64,000 nucleotides of DNA from Bacteriovoracaceae bacterium (GCA_048270185.1 JBLWTJ010000001.1:1120001-1184000), one strand, 5' to 3'. Shown: positions 1 through 10,112, counted from the stretch's first letter. Notes: generated by a model not told the origin, from the sequence alone. Program-made: numbers and translations.

Positions 1-3000
1 GAACTATCTAGGCCCTGGCCAGCGTAATCAAATGAAGAGTTAAGCGCTGATACCCCTGCTTCACCACCATCGACACTGAACTTAAAAGTAGAAATTGATT
101 CAGCTCCAACAACATTATCTTGTATTTTAAATACTGGTGAATTTGCTTGCAGGGTCATATTTCCAGTATCATCAAATGAGATACCCTCATTACTATTTCC
201 TGTTTTATTAAGACTATTTAGTCCCAATTGAATATCAGTCGATGCAATGTGATCCCCCATTCCATCGCCGATATCACCCGCAATATCAGTTGGACTAACA
301 GGTGTCCATTGATTGGTATCAAGATCCCATACCATAATATATCCATCATCCAATGTGACATCAGCAATGGCCACGCCATGAATTGAAGTTGCGTCACTTC
401 CACCTCCGGCTCCAGAAACCGAAGTCGGCTGCCACTTAGAAGTAGCAGAATCCCAAGCAAGAACTTGCCCATCACTTGGTGCAGTTGAAGCGACATCTCG
501 ACTTTGAATAGTTGTCGCATCTGCGCTTCCCCCGCCTCCTCCAGAGACAGTTGCAGGCTCCCATTCTGAACTTGTTGAATTCCAAGATAGCACTTGCCCA
601 TCACTAGGGGCCGTTGTCGCAACAGCACGAGACTGAAGTGTTGTCGCATCTCCACTTCCTCCTCCACCAGAGATTCCAGTAAGAAGGGAGCCATCAAGGG
701 CCGGAAGACGTCCAGAACTATCGAGACGAAGAAGTTGATTTGCTCCATTAGAAGTAGCAATACTTATTTGAACATCATTTGTATTAGAAGTGAGTGTTAC
801 ATCACTTGAGCTCGTTAGTCCCTTAAAGACTAGGTCCACACCTGACTTAGATTGGAAGAGAGATGTCCCTCCTGCACTTGAGGCGGTATTAGTTTCACCA
901 CCGGCTCCACCACTTGATACTGTTCCAGGGGCCCATGTGGAAGTTGTGGCATTCCATAAAAGAGCCTGCCCATCAGTCGGTGCCGTTGAAGCGACGGCCC
1001 TTGATTGTAGAGTTGTTGCATCTCCTGATCCGCCAGAAATTCCTGTTAACTGGGAACCATCTAGTGCAGGAAGCTTACCGCTGCCATCAAGCCTTAGAAG
1101 TTGATTTGCTCCATTAGAAGTTGCAATACTAAGTCCGATATCATTCGCGTTAGAAGTCAAAGTAATATCACTAGAACTTGTTAATCCTTTAAAGATTAGG
1201 TCCACGCCTGACTTAGATTGGAAGAGAGATGTCCCTCCTGCACTTGAGGCGGTATTAGTTTCACCACCGGCTCCACCACTTGATACTGTTCCAGGGGCCC
1301 ATGTGGAAGTTGTGGCATTCCATAAAAGAGCCTGCCCATCAGTCGGTGCCGTTGAAGCGACGGCCCTTGATTGTAGAGTTGTTGCATCTCCTGATCCGCC
1401 AGAAATTCCTGTTAACTGGGAACCATCTAGTGCAGGAAGCTTACCGCTGCCATCAAGCCTTAGAAGTTGATTTGCTCCATTAGAAGTTGCAATACTAAGT
1501 CCGATATCATTCGCGTTAGAAGTCAAAGTAATATCACTAGAACTTGTTAATCCTTTAAAGATTAGGTCCACACCTGACTTAGATTGGAAGAGAGATGTCC
1601 CTCCTGCACTTGAGGCGGTATTAGTTTCACCACTGGCTCCACCACTCGTTACTGTTCCGGGTGCCCAAGTGGAAGTTGTGGCATTCCATAAAAGTGCTTG
1701 CCCATCTGTTGGAGCAGTCGATGATACTGCACGAGACTGAAGAGTTGTGGCATCACTTGAGATCCCCGTAAGTAGTGAACCATCAAGGGCCGGAATTCTT
1801 CCAGCAGAATCAAGCCTTAGAATTTCGTTTGCACCATTTGCCGTTGAAAGACTAAGGCCAATATCATTTATATTTGAAGTTAAAGTAATATCACTTGAGC
1901 TTGTTAATCCTTTAAATACTAAGTCATCACCAGATTTGGACTTAAAGATCGAAAGTCCACCGGCACTTGAAGCAGTGTTATCCACACCACTTGAAAGACC
2001 AGTTAACAGAGAACCATCAATGGCCGGAAGTCGTCCTGAAGAATCGAGACGAAGAAGTTGGTTGGCACCATTTGAAGTGGATACACTAATTTCAATATCA
2101 TTAACATTTGGAGTAAGAGCTATATCACTTGAGTTTGTTAAACCCTTAAAGACAAGATCATTTCCTGATTTAGCTTTAAAGATTGATGTTCCACCGGCAC
2201 TAGAAGCAGTGTTATCCACACCACTTGAAAGTCCAGTTAGCAGAGAACCATCAAGGGCCGGAAGACGTCCAAGGCCATCCAATCTTAATAATTCCCCTGC
2301 ACCATTTGAAGTTGTTACGCCAATTGTGACATCATTTGTATTTGATGTAATGGCAATGTCACTTGTATTCGATAAACCTTTAAAGACTAAGTTACTTCCC
2401 ACTTTATTTTGGTAAAGCGAAACACCTCCTGCACTTGAAGCAGTATTTGTTTCACCACCAGCACCACCAGAAGTAATAGTGGATGGCTCCCAACGTGAGC
2501 TAGTGCCATTCCAAAGCAGTGCCTGTCCATCACTAGGCGCTGTCGTTGCGACATCAAAAGACTGAAGAGTAACTGCATTGCTTGAACCACCTGTGACAAG
2601 AGATGTCGGCTCCCATGTTGAAGTTGTTCCATTCCACTGAAGTACTTCCCCATCATTTGGAGCAGCACTTGATAGTGAGCGAGACTGTAAAGTTGTCGCA
2701 TTACTTGATCCTCCTGCCGAAATTCCCGTTAGTTGAGAACCGTCAATTGCAGGAAGTCGTCCAAGCGAATCAAGTCTTAATAATTGATTTGCATTATTTG
2801 ATGTCGTTACACCTATCTCAACACTATTTGCACCAGGAGTAAGAGTAATATCACTTGTATTTCCTAGCCCTTTGAAAACTAAATCGTAACCTGACTTTGC
2901 TTGAAAGAGAGAAACCCCTCCTGCACTTGAAGCAGTGTTAATCTCACCGGCACCACCGCCTCCGCCACCTCCAGCAACTGTTCCAGGCTCCCATAATGAG

Positions 3001-3929
3001 GTTGCTCCATTCCAGACTAATGCCTGGCCATCAGCAGGAGCAGCAGTTGAAATATTACGTGATTGCATTTGAGTTGCATTGGCAGAACTTGCAACGATAC
3101 CTGTTAGTTGAGATCCATCAACAGCAGGAAGTCTTAAAGAAGAATCTAGTCTTACTAATTGATTAGCACCATTACTTGTATTAACACCAATTCCAACAGT
3201 GTTTAAGTTTGAAGAGATCGTAATATCTGAAGAACCAAGTAAACCTTTTAATTGTAATTGTGATCCCACTTTCTGTTTATATAGCGAAGTACCGCCAGTA
3301 GATAAAATAGTATTGGCTTCACCTGATGATGAAACTCCTCCATCATCAACTCCTACACTCCACTGATAACCATTGTACTTTAAAACTGAGCCAGCAACAG
3401 CACCACTTGTATCAACACCAAGTAGGTCATCGATACTAAAGCTTACGGCGCCACTCATTCCGTTGATTTGAGTTACTCCTGAAGTTGTTAAATTCGCAGG
3501 CCCCCACCTTCCAGTAAAAGAGTTGTACTGTAATACTTGACCATTTGTTGCCCCCATATCGGGAAGATCAACATTGATTTCAAAAGTACTCGCTCCATTG
3601 GCCGTCTCTAATGTTAGAGATAGGATCTGATTAAGTGGTAATAATGTATTTCCAAGAGCATCAGCAATAATCTCATTACTCGATTGAGACTCAACCTGAA
3701 ATTCAGACTTAACACCGTTGTCATCTGTCAGGCTTACGCTTTCGACTTCATCAAGATTTGATCCATTGATTTTAAGAGAAGGGCCCACCACCGCAATATT
3801 AGTCACCTGAACGCTATTAGATGAACCTGTATCTTCAGATTGGCGCTGGTTTCCCTGAGGAGTACAAGATGAAATTATCATGACAACAAGGAATGCAAGA
3901 ATGTGATTAAAGAATAAACTCTCTCTCAT
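1..3929 (-). CDS. Large repeat-rich phage-tail-fibre-like adhesin lipoprotein (partial; 3' end beyond left edge, >=1309 aa)
   Basis: Manual translation from ATG at 3929 (MRESLFFNHILAFLVVMIISSC, lipobox-like). The frame was read as open at both ends and through the repeats. Repeats: NTASSAGGxSLFxxKxGxDLxFKGL...LLRLDxxGRLPAxDGSxLTG and ATxLQSRxVxxTAPxDGQxLxWN...WEP. Missing from the ORF track because no stop lies in the window. Confidence 0.85.
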   Translation of the reverse strand, partial: MRESLFFNHILAFLVVMIISSCTPQGNQRQSEDTGSSNSVQVTNIAVVGPSLKINGSNLDEVESVSLTDDNGVKSEFQVESQSSNEIIADALGNTLLPLNQILSLTLETANGASTFEINVDLPDMGATNGQVLQYNSFTGRWGPANLTTSGVTQINGMSGAVSFSIDDLLGVDTSGAVAGSVLKYNGYQWSVGVDDGGVSSSGEANTILSTGGTSLYKQKVGSQLQLKGLLGSSDITISSNLNTVGIGVNTSNGANQLVRLDSSLRLPAVDGSQLTGIVASSANATQMQSRNISTAAPADGQALVWNGATSLWEPGTVAGGGGGGGAGEINTASSAGGVSLFQAKSGYDLVFKGLGNTSDITLTPGANSVEIGVTTSNNANQLLRLDSLGRLPAIDGSQLTGISAGGSSNATTLQSRSLSSAAPNDGEVLQWNGTTSTWEPTSLVTGGSSNAVTLQSFDVATTAPSDGQALLWNGTSSRWEPSTITSGGAGGETNTASSAGGVSLYQNKVGSNLVFKGLSNTSDIAITSNTNDVTIGVTTSNGAGELLRLDGLGRLPALDGSLLTGLSSGVDNTASSAGGTSIFKAKSGNDLVFKGLTNSSDIALTPNVNDIEISVSTSNGANQLLRLDSSGRLPAIDGSLLTGLSSGVDNTASSAGGLSIFKSKSGDDLVFKGLTSSSDITLTSNINDIGLSLSTANGANEILRLDSAGRIPALDGSLLTGISSDATTLQSRAVSSTAPTDGQALLWNATTSTWAPGTVTSGGASGETNTASSAGGTSLFQSKSGVDLIFKGLTSSSDITLTSNANDIGLSIATSNGANQLLRLDGSGKLPALDGSQLTGISGGSGDATTLQSRAVASTAPTDGQALLWNATTSTWAPGTVSSGGAGGETNTASSAGGTSLFQSKSGVDLIFKGLTSSSDITLTSNANDIGLSIATSNGANQLLRLDGSGKLPALDGSQLTGISGGSGDATTLQSRAVASTAPTDGQALLWNATTSTWAPGTVSSGGAGGETNTASSAGGTSLFQSKSGVDLVFKGLTSSSDVTLTSNTNDVQISIATSNGANQLLRLDSSGRLPALDGSLLTGISGGGGSGDATTLQSRAVATTAPSDGQVLSWNSTSSEWEPATVSGGGGGSADATTIQSRDVASTAPSDGQVLAWDSATSKWQPTSVSGAGGGSDATSIHGVAIADVTLDDGYIMVWDLDTNQWTPVSPTDIAGDIGDGMGDHIASTDIQLGLNSLNKTGNSNEGISFDDTGNMTLQANSPVFKIQDNVVGAESISTFKFSVDGGEAGVSALNSSFDYAGQGLDS
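831..1633. repeat. Near-perfect 366-bp tandem repeat (about 2.2 units; 122-aa unit) inside the fibre gene
   Basis: 831-1267 matches 1197-1633. The only variant seen is a/g/a at 840/1206/1572. Near-identical shadow ORFs are offset by 366 bp. Confidence 0.95.
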
Positions 3930-4101
3930 TACAATTCCTAATTCGGACTTGCTCTTCTTTATAGTTATTTAATATTAACGGATTTTTATAAATGGAAATT
4001 ATTACCCTCAAAATACTTTATAAGTACCTAAGAACAGGGGTAATTAATTGTAATTTAGATAAGATATGGACACATAAATGACCAGAATACTAGGCATGAA
4101 A

Positions 4102-4126
4102 TTAAGGGAGCTTAGCGCTCCCTTAA
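4102..4126 (-). terminator. Hairpin/intrinsic terminator downstream of 4129-4911
   Basis: ttaagggagc-ttagc-gctcccttaa inverted repeat just after the stop codon. Confidence 0.65.
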
Positions 4127-4128
4127 GG

Positions 4129-4911
4129 TTATTTACAGAATGATTTGATAACTCGTTTAACTTTCTTAAGTTCAGCGAAACGACCTGAGTATGGTGCGAA
4201 CTCACCGTAGTAGCGATTAAATATCAGAGTATTATCGCCATATTCATAATCCACATGCTTAAGCTCTCCTGGATAATTACTGTCGACAACAAAGATACGG
4301 TAACCGTTTTTCTTCTTAACCATATGAACAACTAACCAAGCGTGAGCATCAATCCCTTTAATTTGAAGTTTTTGGTAAGTAACATCACCTTGACCCACAA
4401 CTCTTTCATAAAGCTTATCGGCCATTCTCTGCATTCCGCCATCACTTCTCTTAGTCGTTCCAAGAAGACCAATTACCCATTGTTGGTTGATGAATCCATC
4501 AGTTCTTTGCCATCTTTCAAGTTCTGCTTGAATTAGATAATCATTATCAGATGAGAATTGTCTAAGGTTGCGGTAACCTGGGATCTCAACAACATTCTTC
4601 CCTTTTCTGATATCTTTGATAATTTCTTTGATCTTATCTTCAGATGGCTTTGCTAGATCAGGTCTAAATAGTCCAAGATAGAGTGCCTTACGGTGAAAGC
4701 GTGAGTGCCACCAACAAACACCGCCATTCATAAGACCTCCACCATTTCTAAAGGCCATGTGAGCACCGATATTTGTCATCATTTGGTTACGTACGAAATC
4801 CTTATCTTGTCTTTGTTGACAGAACTTTTGTTTAACTGTCGCAGCGTGGGTTGCTTGAGATGCAGCCAACGCTCCTAATGTAAGTAGGATTGATAAGTAG
4901 ATTGATTTCAT
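4129..4911 (-). CDS. Secreted protein, putative papain-like Cys-His-Asp fold enzyme
   Basis: GGAG RBS before ATG 4911; signal peptide MKSIYLSILLTLGALAASQATHA; motifs GGVCWWHS, AHAWLV, VVDSNYPG. Confidence 0.6.
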   Translation of the reverse strand: MKSIYLSILLTLGALAASQATHAATVKQKFCQQRQDKDFVRNQMMTNIGAHMAFRNGGGLMNGGVCWWHSRFHRKALYLGLFRPDLAKPSEDKIKEIIKDIRKGKNVVEIPGYRNLRQFSSDNDYLIQAELERWQRTDGFINQQWVIGLLGTTKRSDGGMQRMADKLYERVVGQGDVTYQKLQIKGIDAHAWLVVHMVKKKNGYRIFVVDSNYPGELKHVDYEYGDNTLIFNRYYGEFAPYSGRFAELKKVKRVIKSFCK

Positions 4912-5021
4912 AAGTCGCTCTCCGTTGTCTTTCTTTTGTGAACTTGTACAACGCATAGCGACAGCAATCAAGGCATCTAGTAAAATCTTCTGAAACCAAG
5001 GTTCTTACAATGTAATATCAA

Positions 5022-5963
5022 CTACTTAGTACAGAGTCTCTCTTCAACAATTAAGTGAGAGATATCGTACTTCTCAAGAATCTTCTCACGGTAGTAGTCT
5101 CCGCCACGTAGCTCACAATTGTAAATCATGACTTCACAAGCGTGGGCATTCGGTGCAATTCTCCAAATATGCAGGTCAGCAATTTCGATATTCTCATCAT
5201 CAGAAAAGAGCTTTCTGATTTCTTTCTCATCAAATAGTTTTGAATTACCATCCAATAATTCCCAAACAGTATCTTTGGCAAGTCCCCATGCCCATTTTAG
5301 AATTACAATGGCCCCTAGAATACCAATAATTGGATCGGCCCAATTCCATCCGAAGTACTTTCCAGCAAAGAGTGCAGCAATGGCCATCACCGAAGTTAGA
5401 GCATCGGCAATAACATGCATAAGTGCTGAGCGATGATTATGGTCATGAACATGGCCGTGGCCATGGTGGTCATGATCGTGTCCATGACTATGCCCATGGT
5501 GATGATCGTGAGAATCCCACAAAAGAAGTGCACTCAAGACATTAACAATAAGACCAATAATAGCAACAACAATGGCCGTTTCAAATTTAATCTCCATGGG
5601 ATTTAAGAAGCGTCCAATAGACTCGACTCCCATCACAACGGCAACGATTCCAAGCATCAGTGCACTTGTATATCCACCAAGAGGGATCATCTTCCCTGCA
5701 CCAAAACTAAGTTTTGAATTAAGTTTTTCATTTCGAGCTAAGCGGTAAACAATTACAGTAATACCAAGTGCACCAACGTGAGAGCCCATATGCCAACCGT
5801 CGGCAAGTAAGGCCATTGAACCCGTGAAGTATCCATATCCAATTTCGGCCACCATCGTAACAAAGGTTAAAATGATAACAAGGATTGTCTTTTTCTCATT
5901 TGATCCAAGACGATCATCTTCTAATACGTAATTATGTGTTTCTAAGTGTTCTTCGTGCTTCAT
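5022..5963 (-). CDS. dmeF: CDF-family Co/Ni efflux transporter (DmeF-like)
   Basis: GSMALLADGWHM, His-rich loop, HVIADALTS, 6 TM segments; start moved to MKHEEH, just after the repressor stop. Confidence 0.85.
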   Translation of the reverse strand: MKHEEHLETHNYVLEDDRLGSNEKKTILVIILTFVTMVAEIGYGYFTGSMALLADGWHMGSHVGALGITVIVYRLARNEKLNSKLSFGAGKMIPLGGYTSALMLGIVAVVMGVESIGRFLNPMEIKFETAIVVAIIGLIVNVLSALLLWDSHDHHHGHSHGHDHDHHGHGHVHDHNHRSALMHVIADALTSVMAIAALFAGKYFGWNWADPIIGILGAIVILKWAWGLAKDTVWELLDGNSKLFDEKEIRKLFSDDENIEIADLHIWRIAPNAHACEVMIYNCELRGGDYYREKILEKYDISHLIVEERLCTK

Positions 5964-5964
5964 A

Positions 5965-6243
5965 TTACTTCCAATAAGTTTTAATAAGATTAACCAATTC
6001 AATTGCAGCTTCATCTTGAGGCGTTCTTGGATCAAGTGGTGAAACCATGACGTGGTTTTTTACATGCTCTTCGATCAGCTCTCCAGTTAATCCGTTGAGC
6101 CCCCCGCGACAGGCCGCAAGAGTTTGTAGAATGCTATAGCAATCCTTATCTTCTTCTAAGGCCCTCTCAACAGCTTCAAGTTGGCCTTTGATTCTTCTAA
6201 GACGAGTGATAATTTTCTTTTTATTTTGTTGAATATGGGCCAA
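5965..6243 (-). CDS. CsoR/RcnR/FrmR-family metal-sensing repressor
   Basis: RLRRIKGQLEAVERAL..C..ILQ..AACRG.....EEH signature; GGAGG RBS before TTG. Confidence 0.9.
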   Translation of the reverse strand: MAHIQQNKKKIITRLRRIKGQLEAVERALEEDKDCYSILQTLAACRGGLNGLTGELIEEHVKNHVMVSPLDPRTPQDEAAIELVNLIKTYWK

Positions 6244-6260
6244 TTGCCACCTCCATTAAC

Positions 6261-6279
6261 TATACTATACCCCAGTATA
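6261..6279. promoter_or_regulatory. RcnR/FrmR-type operator
   Basis: TATACT-ATACCCC-AGTATA: TACT/AGTA inverted repeat flanking a G/C tract, directly upstream of the repressor gene. Confidence 0.75.
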
Positions 6280-6329
6280 ATATCTAATAAAAGGCTAAAA
6301 TTATTCCTTTAAATTCAATAACTTAAAAA

Positions 6330-6887
6330 TTATAAATCAAATGACTGACGAAAGTATGAGCGAGGAAATTTTAAAAGCTCAAGCTTTGGAATTTCAAAAT
6401 CCCCTATTTTCGTATCACTTAAAGTGACGGCGTAGAATTCATTCTTGCCTTCTTTTCCGATAACGAAAACATTGATTTCTTGGCCATCCATAAAGAGTTT
6501 ATGCTCACCAAATTTACGATACTCTCCAAATTGAGTTTTCTGATCTTCAAGGGGAAGAGTTTCAGGGCCAAGGGGCAGACGAAAGCGGTAACTACTGACA
6601 AGATTTCCCGCAACAATCATGGCATTTCCACGATTAAGCTTTGTCGTCGCCTTATTTAAAAAGTAATCCATGATATAGGCGATAAGATCAACGTCTTTTA
6701 GATTTAAATCGTAGATCTTTTGCTCATTGCCTTCTAATCGCGATTGGCGATTTAAGATAACTTGAGAAATAAAAACATTTCCTGAAGGATGGAGAATGCG
6801 AACAGTATTACCCTGATCCTTTGAAATATCCCAGGCCCATTCAGTTGTTGGAAATAAAGGTGTTAGTGTTACAGTTTTCTGATTCAT
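6330..6887 (-). CDS. Hypothetical protein
   Basis: 185-aa ORF directly downstream of lysA; no recognised motif. Confidence 0.6.
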   Translation of the reverse strand: MNQKTVTLTPLFPTTEWAWDISKDQGNTVRILHPSGNVFISQVILNRQSRLEGNEQKIYDLNLKDVDLIAYIMDYFLNKATTKLNRGNAMIVAGNLVSSYRFRLPLGPETLPLEDQKTQFGEYRKFGEHKLFMDGQEINVFVIGKEGKNEFYAVTLSDTKIGDFEIPKLELLKFPRSYFRQSFDL

Positions 6888-6896
6888 ATGGCGATC

Positions 6897-8144
6897 CTAA
6901 TCACATTGCTCAAGATAGTAAAGATCTTCGTAGGTTTCGCGCTTTCTAATTAAACGAGGATTATTTCCATCAACTAGAATCTCACAAACTCGAGGCCTTG
7001 AGTTATAATTACTCGACATGGTAAAGCCGTAGGCTCCGCATGAACGAATGGCCACAAGCTCCCCTTCACATAATTCGATTTCGCGATCTTTTGCAAGATA
7101 GTCCCCTGTTTCACAAACAGGCCCAACAAAATCGTAATTCTCTTTTTGACCTTTAATTCCTTGATCAACTTTTACCACTTCTTGCCATGCTTGATAGAGA
7201 GCGGGTCTCATCAGATCATTCATGGCCGCATCGACGATAGCAAAGTGTTTACCTTCATTTTCTTTTAAGTACTCTAGCTTTGTCACAAGAATTCCAGCGT
7301 TAGCAGCAATAGCTCGTCCTGGTTCAAAGATAAGTTCTAATTCGGGATAATCTTCTAGGCTTTCAATAACCTTAGCAAGATACTCACTTGGATGCGGAGG
7401 TAATTCGTCCTTATATTTCACACCAAGTCCACCTCCAAGATCCAGATGTTTTAACGGTGTCCCCTTTTCTCTAAGTTTATCAACTAATTGTTTTAATCTT
7501 TCCAATGCTTCCAAGAAAGGTTCGACTTGAGTTAGTTGCGAGCCAATATGACAATCAATTCCTTCCACACTTATATTTGTTAGTGAGTAAGCAAGTTGAT
7601 AAACTTCTTCTGCCTTTTGAAAAGATATACCAAATTTATTCTCTTTCAATCCTGTTGCAATATAGGGATGTGTTTTTGCATCAACATCAGGATTAACTCG
7701 AATTGAAACCGGAGCCTTCATATTAAGCTTCTTGGCCACTTCATCAATCCTTTTTAGCTCTGATACTGATTCGACATTGAGACACTTGATTCCTTTTAAA
7801 AGAGCAAACTCAATTTCATCAAATGACTTTCCAACACCAGAGAAGACGGTCTGCGAAGCAAGACCTCCGGCCGCAAGAACTCTTTCAAGCTCACCACGAG
7901 AAACAATATCGAAACCACTGCCTAGAGCAGCAAGCTCTCTTAGAATATTAATATTTGAATTAGCTTTGACTGCATAGCAAACCAAGTGCTTGTGATCTTT
8001 AAGGGGCTCGCTAAAAGCATTAAAATGTCTCTTGAAAGTTTTCAGTGAATAAATATAAAGAGGTGTTCCAAATTTTTCGACTATATCTGAAACCAATATA
8101 TCTTCGGCATAAAGTTTACCATCGTGGTAATTAAAAAAGTCCAT
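6897..8144 (-). CDS. lysA: Diaminopimelate decarboxylase
   Basis: YAVKAN (PLP Lys), HIGSQ, DLGGG, EPGR, GPVCETGD, GAYG motifs. Confidence 0.97.
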   Translation of the reverse strand: MDFFNYHDGKLYAEDILVSDIVEKFGTPLYIYSLKTFKRHFNAFSEPLKDHKHLVCYAVKANSNINILRELAALGSGFDIVSRGELERVLAAGGLASQTVFSGVGKSFDEIEFALLKGIKCLNVESVSELKRIDEVAKKLNMKAPVSIRVNPDVDAKTHPYIATGLKENKFGISFQKAEEVYQLAYSLTNISVEGIDCHIGSQLTQVEPFLEALERLKQLVDKLREKGTPLKHLDLGGGLGVKYKDELPPHPSEYLAKVIESLEDYPELELIFEPGRAIAANAGILVTKLEYLKENEGKHFAIVDAAMNDLMRPALYQAWQEVVKVDQGIKGQKENYDFVGPVCETGDYLAKDREIELCEGELVAIRSCGAYGFTMSSNYNSRPRVCEILVDGNNPRLIRKRETYEDLYYLEQCD

Positions 8145-8152
8145 TATAAATC

Positions 8153-8749
8153 CTAGCGAGTCTTACCACTAAGGTCACACTCAAAGAGCATTCCTGCATT
8201 ATTATTAAATTTAACTTTTAAAAATCCTGGTCCTTTTTTAAGAAGCTTAAAGCCAAAGCTCTTATGAAGTTTAATTGAAGTTGAGTTTTCTTCGTTAACA
8301 ACATAATAGGCTTTTGTGGCAACTTGACCAATATGATCAAGGCGTTTTTTTGTTAAAATCTTGCCAACACTCATTCCACGATACTTTGGTGAAACTGTAA
8401 CTCCCATTAAGTACCATCCAACAGGAGACGGATATCGATAGTTTTTTACAATCTGCTGCGTGTATAAAATTGAGCGGCCATAACCCACTACTTCACCATT
8501 GTAGATGGCCACAATAATATGAAAGCCTCTTACATTGCCTCCACGGTAGAGCTCCCTCTTAGTTCTTTCTAAGAAGAATGCGTAGTCGAGATCCGGATCG
8601 ATATTATTGTCCGTTGCAAGGCGAGCAATGGCCGCAGCGTCATCAAGATTTGCATAGCGAGTTGTCACCTCTTGAGGAAGAGGTTGTGAATTATGTCCTT
8701 CTTTAAACGGACAATATGAATTGTATTCTCGCTGTGCCTTCTTAAACAT
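8153..8749 (-). CDS. GNAT-family N-acetyltransferase
   Basis: V.P.YRG..VG acetyl-CoA motif; N..SIKLH..FGF. Confidence 0.85.
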   Translation of the reverse strand: MFKKAQREYNSYCPFKEGHNSQPLPQEVTTRYANLDDAAAIARLATDNNIDPDLDYAFFLERTKRELYRGGNVRGFHIIVAIYNGEVVGYGRSILYTQQIVKNYRYPSPVGWYLMGVTVSPKYRGMSVGKILTKKRLDHIGQVATKAYYVVNEENSTSIKLHKSFGFKLLKKGPGFLKVKFNNNAGMLFECDLSGKTR

Positions 8750-8879
8750 AGATAACTTATATTATAGCTCAAGAATAAATTCCTTTCAGGTGAAACTCCA
8801 TATTTAGCAAAATTTTATTTTTTAAGTCTTGTTAGTATGGTTTAATTGAGCAAAATATTAACTATTTACGCCAGTGGTC

Positions 8880-9992
8880 ATGATCAAGAAAATAATCCTA
8901 ATATTTCTATTACTTATCATCCTAATTTCAACGGTTCTCTTCTACAACCTTGATTGGGTTGTACAAAAAGGAATTCAATATGCAGGTGTTCAAGTTGATA
9001 AAGTTGAAAAGATAAGTATTGGTCACTGGAAGCTGTCAGGACTCAGCTACCAAGTTGATGAAAAGAATAAACTGACAATTAAAGAAACAAAAATCGACTT
9101 TCTGGATATTGATGTTGAAGCAAGTCAGCTTCACCGAAATATTCAGGCACTCTCTTCACGCATCCATATTGAAAATAAAAACCTTCAATATGGAAATTAT
9201 AAAATCAAAGAAGTTAGCTATGATGTCCAAAAGACCAAAGGTCCCAAACTTAATATTGAAAATATTTATATCTCAGACTTTGGAAAGAAAAACCTAGGTG
9301 TCGTTTACTTGGACTTCAATGACCTCAATACGATCTCTGTTGAATACAAAGATATTAATCTCAATAATTTAATTCACTACTTTGATTCAACACTAAATCT
9401 TTGGGGCCATATCGATGTCAAGGCCATGATAAAAAAAGACGATATCCAGGCCTTAGTCACAGGACGTAATCTAACACTAAAAGGCTTTAAGGTTGATGAA
9501 GTTATAAATAATTTCCTTGATAGTCGCAGCCTAGGAATTATTGATGTAGCAGGATTTGTGGCCTTAGGCCCAATAGGTCTTCTCTACACAAGTGCCGCAA
9601 GCCTTGGGCAAACATTAAATGGCTTTCGTGGTGGTGAAACAAAGTTTACTCAAATTAATATCAATATCGGTTTAAAGAAAGATATTTTAACTTTAGATGA
9701 TGTTGCCTTTGCCACAGTTGAGAATATGGTGACAGTCGCCGGTCAGGTAAATATCAAAGAAGAAACTTTTGAAGATGTTCTTATTTCCATCCTCGATGAA
9801 GAGTACTGTCCAAAACTGCAACAAAAACTCAAAGGTACTTTTAAAGATCCTGATTACTCAAAGACCAGTGCCTTTGTTAATACGGCTACGGCACCTTTAA
9901 CTAATCTAACTTCTTCCACATTAAATCTTGTTGGGGTGACAAAGTGTCGGCCAGTGTATCAAGGCGTGGTTAAATTCCCAGTTTCTCAATAG
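8880..9992 (+). CDS. AsmA-like (AsmA C-terminal domain) membrane-anchored protein
   Basis: N-terminal TM anchor, beta-rich body, GGETKF...G.VN...L.GT..DP C-terminal pattern. Confidence 0.6.
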   Translation: MIKKIILIFLLLIILISTVLFYNLDWVVQKGIQYAGVQVDKVEKISIGHWKLSGLSYQVDEKNKLTIKETKIDFLDIDVEASQLHRNIQALSSRIHIENKNLQYGNYKIKEVSYDVQKTKGPKLNIENIYISDFGKKNLGVVYLDFNDLNTISVEYKDINLNNLIHYFDSTLNLWGHIDVKAMIKKDDIQALVTGRNLTLKGFKVDEVINNFLDSRSLGIIDVAGFVALGPIGLLYTSAASLGQTLNGFRGGETKFTQININIGLKKDILTLDDVAFATVENMVTVAGQVNIKEETFEDVLISILDEEYCPKLQQKLKGTFKDPDYSKTSAFVNTATAPLTNLTSSTLNLVGVTKCRPVYQGVVKFPVSQ

Positions 9993-10112
9993 CGTTCATA
10001 ATCGAGTTCAAAACCATGTAACACGATGCGCACTATGCGAAAAATCATGGAGGAAAGCCCTCGCTTGAGGTATATTTAACCGTATCTATTAACTTTAAAC
10101 AGGATTATTCCC

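Noticed and set aside
831..1633. Possible DGR template/variable repeat or CRISPR-like array
   Set aside because: In-frame coding tandem repeat with no spacers, no adenine-specific mismatch pattern and no reverse transcriptase or cas gene
218..2842. Many short ORFs in the track, including duplicated 63- and 67-aa ORFs
   Set aside because: Alternative-frame or antisense shadows of the repetitive fibre gene
3997..4049. Weak inverted repeat upstream of the fibre gene, possible invertible promoter
   Set aside because: Arms are short and imperfect, and no recombinase is nearby
10045..10072. GAGGAAAG motif reminiscent of RNase P RNA or a riboswitch
   Set aside because: Region too short and lacks the other conserved elements
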